NCBI GenBank assembly: GCA_913062615.1
Contig: CAJXXI010000001.1
Location: 1 to 52,323, forward strand
Direction of reading: 5' to 3'
Origin: an uncultured bacterium
GTDB taxonomy: Bacteria > Planctomycetota > Phycisphaerae > Phycisphaerales > UBA1924
Length of the DNA: 52,323 nucleotides
Shown one piece after another: positions 1-9,822 of the stretch. Position 1 is the stretch's first letter. The number at the start of each line of letters is the position of its first letter. A program made the translations under genes and the position numbers. The notes below the pieces were generated by a model. That model had not been told where the DNA came from. It did not search any database and saw only the letters and a list, made by a program, of their open reading frames with translations.

Positions 1-171
1 GACTATGGACCATTGATGGTCGCCCCGCTGATCGCGCTCGGGTTCATGTTCGCGTTTATGCGCGAATGGCGAGGCTCACTGATCGCCCCGATGACCGCAC
101 ACTTCTTGCACAACTTCACGCTGATGAGCTTTATGATCTTGCTGGTGCAGCTGATCAAAGATCCGATGTAG
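1..171 (+). CDS. CPBP family intramembrane metalloprotease (CAAX protease-like), C-terminal fragment running in from the left edge
   Basis: Frame 1 is open from nt 1 to TAG at 169-171. It translates to DYGPLMVAPLIALGFMFAFMREWRGSLIAPMTAHFLHNFTLMSFMILLVQLIKDPM. The hydrophobic helices and the HxxxN-type motif (AHFLHNF) are typical of the last CPBP motif. Confidence 0.55.
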   Translation, partial: DYGPLMVAPLIALGFMFAFMREWRGSLIAPMTAHFLHNFTLMSFMILLVQLIKDPM

Positions 172-176
172 CTTGA

Positions 177-1430
177 TTATGCAACCGGTTCGAGTGCTGT
201 ATTAGTCGCAACGCGCGAAAGCACCGATGCGGCAGCTTTCGACACCACAATCAACAACAGCACCACCGCTGCGATGCCCGCAACGAGCATCCATCGCGGC
301 TTGTCGATCTCGCCAAAGGTCGTGAACTGTTGACCGATCAGCACGGCTGCGAGTGTCCGCGGGAACATGCCAAGCATAGTACCGAGGACAAAGACGCCTC
401 TTGATACACCCAGTGAACCGAGCAACAGATTCGTCAACGCGAACGGCGAGCCCGGCGAAGCACGCAGCAATGTCACCAACAATAACGCTCGACGCGTGCT
501 CGCGTGCACCAACGCGTCACGGAGCATCACGGCTTTTGGTTTGCGTTGGAGCTCTTGCTCGACTCGGCTTCGGGCGATCCGCCCGACAAGTTCGTATCCA
601 ACCAATGATGCGCCGCCGAACCCAAGGAGCGCAAGCCCAAGGCCCATCGGCACGCCAAAGGCATACCCCGCGAGGATCGCTTGCGAAACCGTAGGCAGAA
701 ATCCAAAGCCCGCCAAAAGCACAAACGCTACAAGATAGATCGACATCCCGACCATCAGATACGACATGCTCAAGCCATCGCCGATGAGTGCCAGGCGGAT
801 AGGTTCCATGTTAAGGATCAGCATCACACCTGCGAACGATGGGATTGCAGACCATGCGATCCCCAGCAAGGCTGCTGGACCAAGCCGACGCAACATCGCG
901 CATCCGCCATGGACTCGTTCTGTTCCTAGTCGGCTCACAAATCCGAACGAGAGCAAGCTCGCAGCGAGTGTGCTCAGCACCCAGAGTTTCCAGTTGCCCG
1001 GCGAGTGGAGTATGTTTGTATTGATCCAGTTTTGTGCGCCCAGCGAAAGTGTCGGCAACACGAATGAAATCGACAACAACGCTGCAACCATCAGCACGCC
1101 CCAATGCAGGGCCTGTGATCCAATCCGACGCCGATCTTCTTTTTCACTGGCATGGAGCCGAGCACCAACCATCACACAGGTGGCCTGCCCCAAAAGTGAT
1201 ACGTGCGAAGGATTCGTTCTGCTCATAGATAGATGCTCACTGCACAGGTCACATGCTTGGCAAGAACATCGGGCTTCGAGCACATCGAGTTGGTGAGAAC
1301 CTGCAAGTTCATCCTGATTTTCGGACGAACAATGCGCATCTCGCCCTGAAATCGGCTTTGGTTCAACCGTCGACGCATCGGCCGCGCCCTTATTTCGCAA
1401 TTGAGACTCGTTTTCAACTACTGGCGGCAT
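177..1430 (-). CDS. TVP38/TMEM64 (DedA-related) family membrane protein with a long N-terminal extension
   Basis: 417 aa ORF. The C-terminal ~230 aa parallel the neighbouring paralog (RRLGPAALLGIAWSAIP..., LLRASPGSPFALTNLLLG, FPRTLAAVLIGQQ). The start is uncertain; an internal Met gives a start at 1226. Confidence 0.6.
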   Translation of the reverse strand: MPPVVENESQLRNKGAADASTVEPKPISGRDAHCSSENQDELAGSHQLDVLEARCSCQACDLCSEHLSMSRTNPSHVSLLGQATCVMVGARLHASEKEDRRRIGSQALHWGVLMVAALLSISFVLPTLSLGAQNWINTNILHSPGNWKLWVLSTLAASLLSFGFVSRLGTERVHGGCAMLRRLGPAALLGIAWSAIPSFAGVMLILNMEPIRLALIGDGLSMSYLMVGMSIYLVAFVLLAGFGFLPTVSQAILAGYAFGVPMGLGLALLGFGGASLVGYELVGRIARSRVEQELQRKPKAVMLRDALVHASTRRALLLVTLLRASPGSPFALTNLLLGSLGVSRGVFVLGTMLGMFPRTLAAVLIGQQFTTFGEIDKPRWMLVAGIAAVVLLLIVVSKAAASVLSRVATNTALEPVA

Positions 1431-1448
1431 CGCCAGAGTCTAGCCCGG

Positions 1449-2261
1449 TTATTCTCCAGCGTCATCTGCTGGGAGATCGCCAGATTTCATCGCGGCTTCA
1501 ACTGCTTTATTGGCAATCTGCCCCAGCCCCATGAGAATGGCGACCGCGAGGACAATTCCGCCGATCACGAGCCATTTAGGGGTATGAACATCATCCCAGT
1601 TGCTTACTTGTGATCCAATCCAGACCGCTGCGAATGTCCGCGGAGCCATCCCAATGATCGTCGCGATCATAAATGGCACCAGTTTCACGCCACTGACCGC
1701 CATCGCGTAGTTCGTCAATGCAAACGGCGAGTTGGGTGGCACACGGATCAGTGTCAGAATAACCAGCGCCCGCATCTTGCCGTGACGCAAGAACGCGTCG
1801 CGGATAACTGCAGCTTTGGGATGGTTCTGGATCTCGTCTTCAACCTTCTTGCGTGCGACGCGACCCGCAATGAGATAGCCGATGACCGAAGCACCCGCAA
1901 AGCCAACGAGTGCAGCCGGGAAACCCCAGACAATCCCAAAGGCGAACCCAGCAAGGATCGCTTGCGAAACCGTTGGCAATATGCCAAATCCTGCAGACAC
2001 AACAAAGATTGCGATATACAACGAAACACCCGCAGCGAACGGAAGCCCGGGGCTTTCTTCTGTCCCGACGAGTAGCCGAGTCGCAGTACCCATCTTCACC
2101 AACAGCGTGATCCCCGCCACCGCTGGCAGCACGGCCCATGCGATCCCAAGCCACGCTGCGGGCCCAAGGCGTTTGATAATCGCACCAACTGATTCCTTGG
2201 CTGGTGTTTCAGGTGTATTCGGATCGGGTTGGTCTGGGCTTTGATCTGTAGACATAGGCAC
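1449..2261 (-). CDS. TVP38/TMEM64 (DedA-related) family membrane protein
   Basis: 270 aa ORF. IKRLGPAAWLGIAWAVLP, TVSQAILAGFAFG and LIRVPPNSPFALTNYAMAVSG are the conserved SNARE-associated/TVP38 pattern. It is a tandem paralog of 177..1430. Confidence 0.65.
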   Translation of the reverse strand: MPMSTDQSPDQPDPNTPETPAKESVGAIIKRLGPAAWLGIAWAVLPAVAGITLLVKMGTATRLLVGTEESPGLPFAAGVSLYIAIFVVSAGFGILPTVSQAILAGFAFGIVWGFPAALVGFAGASVIGYLIAGRVARKKVEDEIQNHPKAAVIRDAFLRHGKMRALVILTLIRVPPNSPFALTNYAMAVSGVKLVPFMIATIIGMAPRTFAAVWIGSQVSNWDDVHTPKWLVIGGIVLAVAILMGLGQIANKAVEAAMKSGDLPADDAGE

Positions 2262-2350
2262 GATGATACGCCGTGAGTAGACGGTGGGATCAGATGTTTG
2301 ATATCATGCGTATAGATCCTGTGTGAACGGTTTGCTTGGAAGTCGATAAC

Positions 2351-3061
2351 ATGAAATCATCAAACCTAAAACGATATCAGTCTATTTTCGTCATAGAGCT
2401 TGTTTTAGGATGGATTCTTTTGGTTGCGCTCGTACCTTTTGTGTTTGGCTACATTAAAGCTCAAAGACATTCTACATCTTTCGGCCTGTCTCATTCCCTT
2501 TGGATTATTGAGCGTGATGACGAATTATCTGTCGTCGACTTGCATGAAATCGAGGATATATATCCAGACTCACGGATTTATATCCAAGTGATGAATGCCC
2601 CAGGGCCCTGGAGTGGTCTTGGAATTGAGTTCTACGAAACAAAATCACTCACTTGGGATATAGCGACTATCGAACAGGCTTTTAGTTCTGACGAGCCTGT
2701 TCAATATTCTGATTTACAACTCATTGAAATAGACAATGCCATTCTTCAGCACATTCGGTTAGATCGTGACCTTGACGAGTTCAAGGTGAATGCTCCGCCT
2801 GTCACAGTATTTTCATTTGAGAGAGCATTGAACTCCGCCTTGAAATACCTGATTATTCTTGGAATCCCATCAATAACTGTTTATGCTTTGAAGCGTTTCG
2901 ATGATCTGCTATTAAAAAGATCAATAACGAAACTCCGGAACGCTGGATTGTGTGTCCACTGCACCTACGACTGCAATAACCTTCCCTCCACCACCTGCCC
3001 GGAGTGCGGGCAACCCCACACGATTCCGATCGAATCTCCAATTATTGAATCCCACGCCTAG
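2351..3061 (+). CDS. Hypothetical two-TM protein with a C-terminal zinc-ribbon (CxxC...CxxC), encoded in a low-GC islet
   Basis: The track ORF is 2336..3061, with its first ATG at 2351 (MKSSNLKRYQ). There is an N-terminal TM (FVIELVLGWILLVALVPFVFGYI), a second TM (YLIILGIPSITVYAL), then CVHCTYDCNNLPSTTCPECGQPH. I recognise no family. Confidence 0.5.
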   Translation: MKSSNLKRYQSIFVIELVLGWILLVALVPFVFGYIKAQRHSTSFGLSHSLWIIERDDELSVVDLHEIEDIYPDSRIYIQVMNAPGPWSGLGIEFYETKSLTWDIATIEQAFSSDEPVQYSDLQLIEIDNAILQHIRLDRDLDEFKVNAPPVTVFSFERALNSALKYLIILGIPSITVYALKRFDDLLLKRSITKLRNAGLCVHCTYDCNNLPSTTCPECGQPHTIPIESPIIESHA

Positions 3062-3136
3062 ACTCCCATGACCTCGCATCGGCGAGGAAGTCACTGCTAT
3101 TTTCAGCGCGAAAACGCTGTCAACGGAGTTCGCACC

Positions 3137-4066
3137 ATGATCCCAAGACCACCACCACGCGACGGCTCGCTCGGTTTCCTCCTCCTCTCGCCCTTCCGCG
3201 TTCAAGGCTACTCCGTCGCAGGCGAAGCCACCACGATCAATATCCCCGAAATGGATGTCTGCTTCGATATGGGCATGGCTCCACGATCAGCACTCGCTGC
3301 CAAGTTCTGTGCACTCTCTCATGGGCACATGGATCATGTCGGTGGGTTGGCCTATTGGTGTTCGCAGCGCAACTTCCAGGGGATGGGCCCGGGCACGATC
3401 GTGTGCGACAAGCGGATCGAATCTGATGTCCGAGGCATGATGGACGGGTTCCAGAACCTCGAACGCCAGAAGACGCCTTATGAACTCATCACACTCGAAC
3501 ACGAGCAAGAAGTTCAACTCAAGAACAACATCATGCTCCGCGCGTTCCACACCGAGCACACTGCACCGTCGATCGGATATGTGATCATCGAGAAGCGGAC
3601 GAAGCTCAAGGAGCACCTTGTTGGGCTGCCTCAGGAAAAACTCCGGGATATGAAGCAGAAGGGCGAGGAGATTGTGAATCAACTCGAAGTCCCATTGCTC
3701 GCCTACACCGGCGACACCCTGCCAGGCCCGCACCTGCTGCGTGATGATGTCCGCAACGCCCAGATCATCATCTCTGAGTGCACCTTCTTCGATCCAGATC
3801 ATAAAGATCGAGCCAAGATCGGGATGCACATGCATGTCGATGATCTGGTCGAATGGCTTAAGGTCACCGAGTGTGAGCACATGGTCGTTGTGCATCTCTC
3901 ACGGAGAACCCATCTCGGGCATGCCCGCAAACAACTGGTGCAGCAAGCCGGCAAAGAACTGGCGAGCAAGGTGCACTTCTTGATGGATCACCGGACGAAC
4001 CGAGCGCGGTATGACGAGCAAGCCGAAGTTGCCCAGAAGCTCGAGCAAGAGCTCGAAAGCCGATAG
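3137..4066 (+). CDS. MBL-fold metallo-hydrolase, RNase Z/RNase BN-like
   Basis: It has the canonical HxHxDH motif (LSHGHMDHVGG), followed by FHTEHTAPSIGY, AYTGDT, ISECTFFD and HMHV. The order matches tRNase Z-type MBL enzymes. The start is taken at MIPRPPP (3137); the track ORF begins at 3068. Confidence 0.65.
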   Translation: MIPRPPPRDGSLGFLLLSPFRVQGYSVAGEATTINIPEMDVCFDMGMAPRSALAAKFCALSHGHMDHVGGLAYWCSQRNFQGMGPGTIVCDKRIESDVRGMMDGFQNLERQKTPYELITLEHEQEVQLKNNIMLRAFHTEHTAPSIGYVIIEKRTKLKEHLVGLPQEKLRDMKQKGEEIVNQLEVPLLAYTGDTLPGPHLLRDDVRNAQIIISECTFFDPDHKDRAKIGMHMHVDDLVEWLKVTECEHMVVVHLSRRTHLGHARKQLVQQAGKELASKVHFLMDHRTNRARYDEQAEVAQKLEQELESR

Positions 4067-4081
4067 GCTGGCTGTGTTCGT

Positions 4082-4663
4082 TTAGTCGTCTTCGACACCA
4101 AGATCGTGCTTGGTGAAGAGTGCATGGAACGCCACGCCGCCCGCTTCGACATTCTCTCGTGCGCCCTCTTGGCGATCGATCACCGTAATCATCGCGGGCA
4201 CCTTGGCGCCGAGTGCTTTGAGCACCTCGACTGCTTCGAGGGCTTGGCCGCCGGTGGTCGCGACATCTTCGATGAAGATCACGGTGTCACCCTCGCTGAT
4301 GATGCCTTCGACCTGCTTGGCGGTGCCATAGTCTTTTTTTGCATTGCGAACAAAGATCGTTGTCAGCCCGGTGGTGAGTCCTGCGACGGTGACGAGCGGG
4401 ATGCCTCCAAGCTCAGCCCCGGCAAGCTGATCCACCTTGAAGCCGAGTTTTTGCTCAATCTCGCGAATCTTGGTTTGAAAACACACCCCGAGCTGCTCAA
4501 GGATCTCAGGCTTGGTCGAAAACCGGTATTTATCGAGATAATACGAGCTTGTTCGCCCTGATCGAAGGGTGAAGGTGCCCCGCAGGAGCGAAGCCTTGGC
4601 GATGGCAGCTGCGAGTTGTTTTTGATCAATTTCAAGATTGGCTGTCGGCTTTGAGGTGGGCAT
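4082..4663 (-). CDS. pyrE: Orotate phosphoribosyltransferase
   Basis: 193 aa. It has LRGTFTLRSGRTSSYYLDKYRF and the PRPP-binding loop VIFIEDVATTGGQ. Confidence 0.9.
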   Translation of the reverse strand: MPTSKPTANLEIDQKQLAAAIAKASLLRGTFTLRSGRTSSYYLDKYRFSTKPEILEQLGVCFQTKIREIEQKLGFKVDQLAGAELGGIPLVTVAGLTTGLTTIFVRNAKKDYGTAKQVEGIISEGDTVIFIEDVATTGGQALEAVEVLKALGAKVPAMITVIDRQEGARENVEAGGVAFHALFTKHDLGVEDD

Positions 4664-4925
4664 AACGGTTTATAGTCCGGAAATTGTGGTTTGTTCGCCC
4701 AAAAAATCGAGATTGGGGAACAATAACTCTCATTGAGCGTCATAATCGGTATCAATAGGCGTTGGAGTTGTGTCGGCTCTGTGCAGATGCATGGGATATG
4801 GCTGCAGATTGGTCGATAATCGTGTGTCATCGACCAGAAGCACAGACTCATAGGCGAACTACGCCTCGCTTAATAAACAGAACAAACGGATCATCCAAAC
4901 ACTGGATCACCGGGAGGAAATCGTT

Positions 4926-6041
4926 ATGACTATCAAACTCAGCACCATGCTCATCACCTGTGGGCTTGCACTCGGGATCGCATCGGCCCCATCACTTGCC
5001 CAGGTCGCACCGCCACCAACCAAGCCCGCGCAAGAGCAACCTGTGTATACCCCGCCAGCCAAGCCGACACCAAAGCCAGCAGCCAAACCAACTGCCCCGC
5101 AACCAAAGACCGGCATCAGCGGCGGCAAGCGAGGCACCGGTGGCATTCCTCAGCTGCCAACCAATGTGCCCTATCCAAAGCTTGCCCAGCCAGGACCCGA
5201 CGGCCGGATCCTGAGGCTCCGTCAGTTGCCCGATATCGCAGCGTTGCGATCGAACCATACGATCGGGCCGATGTCTGTCGAAAAAATCATGCCCATCGTA
5301 TTCGCTCGACGGTACCGTATCGAGATCATGGTCATCGACAATCTTGATCTCTACTGGGAACTCACCGGCGGGCTGATCGAAACCTTTGATATGTCCAACA
5401 TCACCGAGATGGGTCGGACCGCAGAAATGCTCAAGCCTTTGGTTCCAGAAACCACACTCACACAACAACTACTCAATCAAGGCGTCCTCACCCGAATCCA
5501 AGGCGGAATGAATCAGCACATCGTCCGTGAATACAAAAAAGCGATCACCGATGAAATCCAGGTGATCGATGGCGAAAAAGGGCTCGAAGAAGTCATGCGC
5601 TTTGTGCTTGATGATTCGGTCCACGAAGCACGTATCGCCTACCAGGGTTTGCTCGCTGAGGGAATCAGCAAAATCGCAGGATTGGTTGAAAAAGCAGGTG
5701 CCACCTCCGAAGCTGCCCAAGCCGTGGCCGCGATCGAAAAACCCTTATCCGACAATCCTGAACAGCAGTTCATCGATATCGCCGAGTTTGACGAAGCGTT
5801 CCGTACACTCCCGCTCGACGAAGCGATGAACATCTTGCAGACTATGCGTGAACAACGAAAGTTCCCAGAGATTTCTCCAACCGTCGCAACGATTAATGTG
5901 CTCCACGATAGAAAAACCATTATGAAGGGTGATGGGTTTGGTGCAAATATAAAGCTTCCAAACGGAAAAACGGTCTCCACAGAGGAGATCCAAGAAAACC
6001 AAAGAGCAAAGAAGGCTGCTCAGGAAAAATCAAACGATTGA
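4926..6041 (+). CDS. Secreted hypothetical protein with a Pro-rich linker
   Basis: GGGAGGA lies upstream of the ATG. The signal peptide is MTIKLSTMLITCGLALGIASAPSLAQ, followed by a PxP-rich stretch (PPPTKPAQEQPVYTPPAKPTPKPAAKPTAPQPK). The remainder is unrecognised. Confidence 0.6.
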   Translation: MTIKLSTMLITCGLALGIASAPSLAQVAPPPTKPAQEQPVYTPPAKPTPKPAAKPTAPQPKTGISGGKRGTGGIPQLPTNVPYPKLAQPGPDGRILRLRQLPDIAALRSNHTIGPMSVEKIMPIVFARRYRIEIMVIDNLDLYWELTGGLIETFDMSNITEMGRTAEMLKPLVPETTLTQQLLNQGVLTRIQGGMNQHIVREYKKAITDEIQVIDGEKGLEEVMRFVLDDSVHEARIAYQGLLAEGISKIAGLVEKAGATSEAAQAVAAIEKPLSDNPEQQFIDIAEFDEAFRTLPLDEAMNILQTMREQRKFPEISPTVATINVLHDRKTIMKGDGFGANIKLPNGKTVSTEEIQENQRAKKAAQEKSND

Positions 6042-6062
6042 GTAATCAACTCGCTTTAGCTT

Positions 6063-6097
6063 AAAAAACACCCCGCGTTCGTGCGGGGTGTTTTTTT
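6063..6097. terminator. Bidirectional rho-independent terminator between convergent genes
   Basis: AAAAAACACCCCGC-GTTCGT-GCGGGGTGTTTTTTT. The 9-bp GC-rich stem (6068-6076 / 6083-6091) is flanked by an A-run and a T-run. Confidence 0.9.
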
Positions 6098-6122
6098 ATG
6101 TGGCGCTATTCTTTGATTCGCG

Positions 6123-7811
6123 TTATTGTGTCGGCTTCATCATCGGGAACGGCAACACATCTCGGATCGAACGCTGATTCGCCATCAACATCACAATCCG
6201 ATCCATCCCTAATCCCAGCCCGCCCGCTGGAGGCATACCAACCTTGAGCGCGTTTACGAAGTCTTCGTCGAAAGTACGGAAGGTTGATTCTTCATCATCA
6301 ACACCCGCGAGTTGTTCGCGGAACTTTTCTTCTTGGATATCAGGATCATTGAGCTCTGTATACGCCGGGCCGATCTCCATGCCGCCGATGAAGATGTCCC
6401 ATCGATCCGCCAAGGGCACCGCATTGCTTTGGGTGCCGGGCTTTGGTCGAGTCAAGGGCGACAACGACGCAGGATAATCCATCACAAAGGTTGGCCTTGC
6501 TGGATCGATCATGTGCTCGGCGACTTCTTCGAAGAGTTCGTTGATGATAAAGATATCATCGATTGGTGTGCCGTCCTTGCTCTTGGTTTTGAACCCACGC
6601 TTCTCGCACTCTGCTCGCGCCTTGTCGATCTCATCGATCGAGAATCCAAGTGCCTTCTCGAACAGCTCGGCATAAGTAATTTGATCAAACGGGGCTGCGT
6701 AATCGATCACCAGATCGCCGAACGGCATCGCTGATGCATCATCGCCGCCGCCGCCAGCTTCGCTTGCTGCGAGCTGTGCCAGTTCGCGGATCAACCCTTC
6801 GGTGAGTTCCATCATTGTTTCGTAGTTGCCATAAGCTTGGTAAACTTCGAGACTCGTGAACTCTGGATTATGGCTCTTATCGAGTCCTTCGTTGCGGAAG
6901 TTTCGGCTCACTTCAAACACACGAGGCATCCCGCCAACGAGCAGCCGCTTGAGATACAGCTCGGGCGCGATCCTGAGCGAGAGATCAAGGCTCAACGCAT
7001 TCATGTGGGTCAAAAACGGGCGGGCAGCCGCGCCGCCGGCCTGCACCTGAAGCACCGGGGTTTCAACCTCGACAAAGTCTTGACGCTCGAGGTACCGACG
7101 CATCGCGCTCATCATCTTTGATCGCAACATCAGCACCCGTGTTGTTTCTGGATTCGCCCACATGTCCATATACCGCTGACGATATCGGCGCTCGGTGTCT
7201 TGTAGACCGGCGTGCTTCTCTGGCGGAGGCACCAGACACTTGCTCGCGGGGATGAGTGTATCGACCCAGCAGGTGACTTCGCCGGTGTTGGTCATGGTGA
7301 GTGGACCTTCTGCAATCACAAGATCGCCACCATCGAGCACCTTGGCGAGCTTGAATCCGTTCTCATCACAGTCGCGCTTTGAGACCGCGACCTGGAATGT
7401 GTCGCGGGTGTGATCACGGATGTTGAGCCAGATGAGCTTGCCGTTGTCTCGGTGGAGCATCACACGACCAGCGACCTTGACGCGCGGGCGTTGATCAACA
7501 CTCGCGGGCAGATCCGCGTCAGCCATATCGGGATTATCCCGTTTGGCTTGTTTGCGGGCTTGGTTCGATTCTTTATTCGCTTTGTCCGCAGCTTCACTAT
7601 ACAGCGCGTGCGCATCAGCGAGCGTGCTCAGCCCGTCTGTCCGCTCGCCATAAGGTAGCATGCCCAGCGCGATCACCGCATCGCGGTTCTCTCGGCGTTG
7701 TTGTTCGAGATGATGGATATCAGCCGTATTTGGAACAGCTTGATCGGTCGACGATGGTTCTGATTGTTGATTTTGATCACTCACGAACGATCGTACGCCT
7801 ATGAAACACAA
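6123..7811 (-). CDS. lysS: Lysine--tRNA ligase (class II)
   Basis: It has the OB-fold segment VKVAGRVMLHRDNGKLIWLNIRD, class II motifs LRIAPELYLKRLLVGGMPRVFEVSRNFRNEG and GGLGLGMDRIVML. The start is uncertain: TTG at 7811 or GTG at 7781. Confidence 0.9.
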   Translation of the reverse strand: MCFIGVRSFVSDQNQQSEPSSTDQAVPNTADIHHLEQQRRENRDAVIALGMLPYGERTDGLSTLADAHALYSEAADKANKESNQARKQAKRDNPDMADADLPASVDQRPRVKVAGRVMLHRDNGKLIWLNIRDHTRDTFQVAVSKRDCDENGFKLAKVLDGGDLVIAEGPLTMTNTGEVTCWVDTLIPASKCLVPPPEKHAGLQDTERRYRQRYMDMWANPETTRVLMLRSKMMSAMRRYLERQDFVEVETPVLQVQAGGAAARPFLTHMNALSLDLSLRIAPELYLKRLLVGGMPRVFEVSRNFRNEGLDKSHNPEFTSLEVYQAYGNYETMMELTEGLIRELAQLAASEAGGGGDDASAMPFGDLVIDYAAPFDQITYAELFEKALGFSIDEIDKARAECEKRGFKTKSKDGTPIDDIFIINELFEEVAEHMIDPARPTFVMDYPASLSPLTRPKPGTQSNAVPLADRWDIFIGGMEIGPAYTELNDPDIQEEKFREQLAGVDDEESTFRTFDEDFVNALKVGMPPAGGLGLGMDRIVMLMANQRSIRDVLPFPMMKPTQ

Positions 7812-7837
7812 GCGTCACCAAATCTTTGTTGAGACAC

Positions 7838-8302
7838 TCAATCTGATTTGTTGAGCGTGAGATTTACCCTTGTGGTCATCTCTGCGCTGCACAACGGGCG
7901 AATCGAAGGGTCTTCAGCAATCATATTTGCCAACGAAATACCTTCAAAGGTATCAATCAACGCTTTGGCTGCCCCGTCGAGCCGAGCGTGCAGCGGACAA
8001 AGTTTGCCAGAGTGATTCTCAAGCTTGAGCGGACATGACCTGATCCGATCAATCGAATCAATCGAGTTAATCACATCCATAAGGGAAATATCCGAAGCTG
8101 GGCGATTGAGTCTGTACCCACCACCCACGCCTCGACGCCCGGTGATCAAATCTGCCTTGGCGAGCAGTTGGAGCACCTTGGCGAGGTAGTTCATAGGCAC
8201 ATGGGTCACCTCGGCGAGTTGAGCGGTCGAGACCAACTCATCAGGCATATAGGCAAGACAGCTCATGGCGCGGAGTGCATATTCGGTCGTTTGTGATAGC
8301 AA
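7838..8302 (-). CDS. Rrf2 family transcriptional regulator (IscR/NsrR-like, Cys-containing)
   Basis: The start is TTG, preceded by GGGAAGGAA. MLSQTTEYALRAMSCLAY is the Rrf2 wHTH N-terminus. The C-terminal half carries CPLKLENHSGKLCPLH, a possible Fe-S ligand set. Confidence 0.85.
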   Translation of the reverse strand: MLSQTTEYALRAMSCLAYMPDELVSTAQLAEVTHVPMNYLAKVLQLLAKADLITGRRGVGGGYRLNRPASDISLMDVINSIDSIDRIRSCPLKLENHSGKLCPLHARLDGAAKALIDTFEGISLANMIAEDPSIRPLCSAEMTTRVNLTLNKSD

Positions 8303-8429
8303 GGCGGATTCCTTCCCTTAGAGATCGAGGCTGTAGTATACCATAAATGAGATTCAGACTCAATGTGAATACAGATATACAGGTATGAAGGTCAAAATCT
8401 TCTTGTTTGACAACAATTACCCGTTTACT

Positions 8430-9494
8430 TTATCGAATTGCTCGCTGAGAAAGTGCTCGATCAGCCTCGCTCATCGCATCCTCGGGTACCTCAGAGAGCA
8501 ACTGATCCACAATCATGTCGGGTGTAATCTGATCCGCCTGGGCATTAAAGTTGGTTAAGAGACGATGGCGGAGTACCGGATGGGCGACCGCCCGGACTGA
8601 ATCAATCCCCACTATCCCGTTGCCCACAAGAAGTGCGTGCGCCTTGGCACCTTGGATCAACGCTTCGCTCGCTCGCGGCCCTGCACCCCACGCGATGTAG
8701 TCGCTGATAATCTCAGGTACCTGATCGCTCTCGTTGGCCCGCGTCGAACGCGCCAAACGCAATGCGAACCGGAGCACATGCTCGGGCACCGGGGCGTGCT
8801 GAATAATCTTCTGCACATCGGCAATCTGCTGGGCATTAACCACCGCGTTGACCGTCACCTCGCCCTTCTTTGAGCTTCGCCGAATGACCTCAAGCTCTTC
8901 TTCCTCGTTGGGATATCCCACCATCACCTGAAGCATAAACCGGTCGAGCTGGGCTTCGGGCAATGGATATGTGCCTTCTTGCTCGAGCGGGTTCTGGGTC
9001 GCGAGCACAAAGAAAGGCTTGGGCAGCGTGTGGTGCACGCCGCCGATGGTCACCTGACGCTCTTGCATCGCTTCGAGCATCGCGGCCTGGGTCTTGGGAG
9101 GCGTGCGGTTGATCTCGTCAGCGAGCACCACATTGGCAAAGATTGGCCCCTTCACAAACCGCAATGCACGGTGTCCGGTGACCTTGTCCTCTTCGATCAC
9201 CTCGGTGCCTGTGATGTCCGAAGGCATCAGGTCGGGCGTAAACTGGATCCGCGAGAACTCAAGCTCCATCGCTTGGGCAATCGTCGAAATCAACAGCGTC
9301 TTGGCCAACCCGGGCACACCGACGAGCATCGCGTGCCCGCCAGAAAAAATGGCGAGCAAAATCTGGTCCACCACCTCTTCCTGTCCGACGATGACCTTCG
9401 AAATCTCGGATTTGAGAGCGTCGTAGGTCTCTCGAACCTGAGCGAGCATCTCTTCGCCTGCGTGTGAACTGTTATTTATGTTGCTGTCAGCCAT
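8430..9494 (-). CDS. MoxR-family AAA+ ATPase
   Basis: It has VIVGQEEVVDQILLAIFSGGHAMLVGVPGLAKT (Walker A), VLADEINRTPPKTQAAMLEAMQE (Walker B) and ATQNPLEQEGTYPLPEAQLDRF. The start is set at MADSNINN (ATG 9494, GGAGAA upstream) rather than the track start at 9707. Confidence 0.85.
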   Translation of the reverse strand: MADSNINNSSHAGEEMLAQVRETYDALKSEISKVIVGQEEVVDQILLAIFSGGHAMLVGVPGLAKTLLISTIAQAMELEFSRIQFTPDLMPSDITGTEVIEEDKVTGHRALRFVKGPIFANVVLADEINRTPPKTQAAMLEAMQERQVTIGGVHHTLPKPFFVLATQNPLEQEGTYPLPEAQLDRFMLQVMVGYPNEEEELEVIRRSSKKGEVTVNAVVNAQQIADVQKIIQHAPVPEHVLRFALRLARSTRANESDQVPEIISDYIAWGAGPRASEALIQGAKAHALLVGNGIVGIDSVRAVAHPVLRHRLLTNFNAQADQITPDMIVDQLLSEVPEDAMSEADRALSQRAIR

Positions 9495-9597
9495 CGGATT
9501 CTCCGTGATTGCGTGGGCATCCTTACCCATCATCATACCAAACGCACCTGCACCGGGTTCCGTTCCCTTTGGATAAAATAGTGATCGATAAAGTCCA

Positions 9598-9640
9598 TAA
9601 AAAAAATGGCAGCTGCACGGGGTCTCGTCGCGCAGCTGCC
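9598..9640 (-). terminator. Rho-independent terminator downstream of the sigma/anti-sigma/PDZ operon
   Basis: On the minus strand: GGCAGCTGC-(15 nt)-GCAGCCTGCC-type 9-bp stem (9632-9640 / 9608-9616), followed by T8 (the plus-strand A-run at 9599-9606). Confidence 0.7.
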
Positions 9641-9822
9641 GGAGTCGATCCTGTAGAACCAGGATCGGCGTCGTGGTTAAGTTATTGACCAAGTGTGCCC
9701 GGAGCACATCATCTTGGCAGGTCGTGTCTAGTCATTGGGATCGGTGCGATCCGGGTTTCATGGTTGTACCCACAATCCCGAGTTTGGCTGCACTTTATTT
9801 TGATTCCAATGAAAATCTATGT

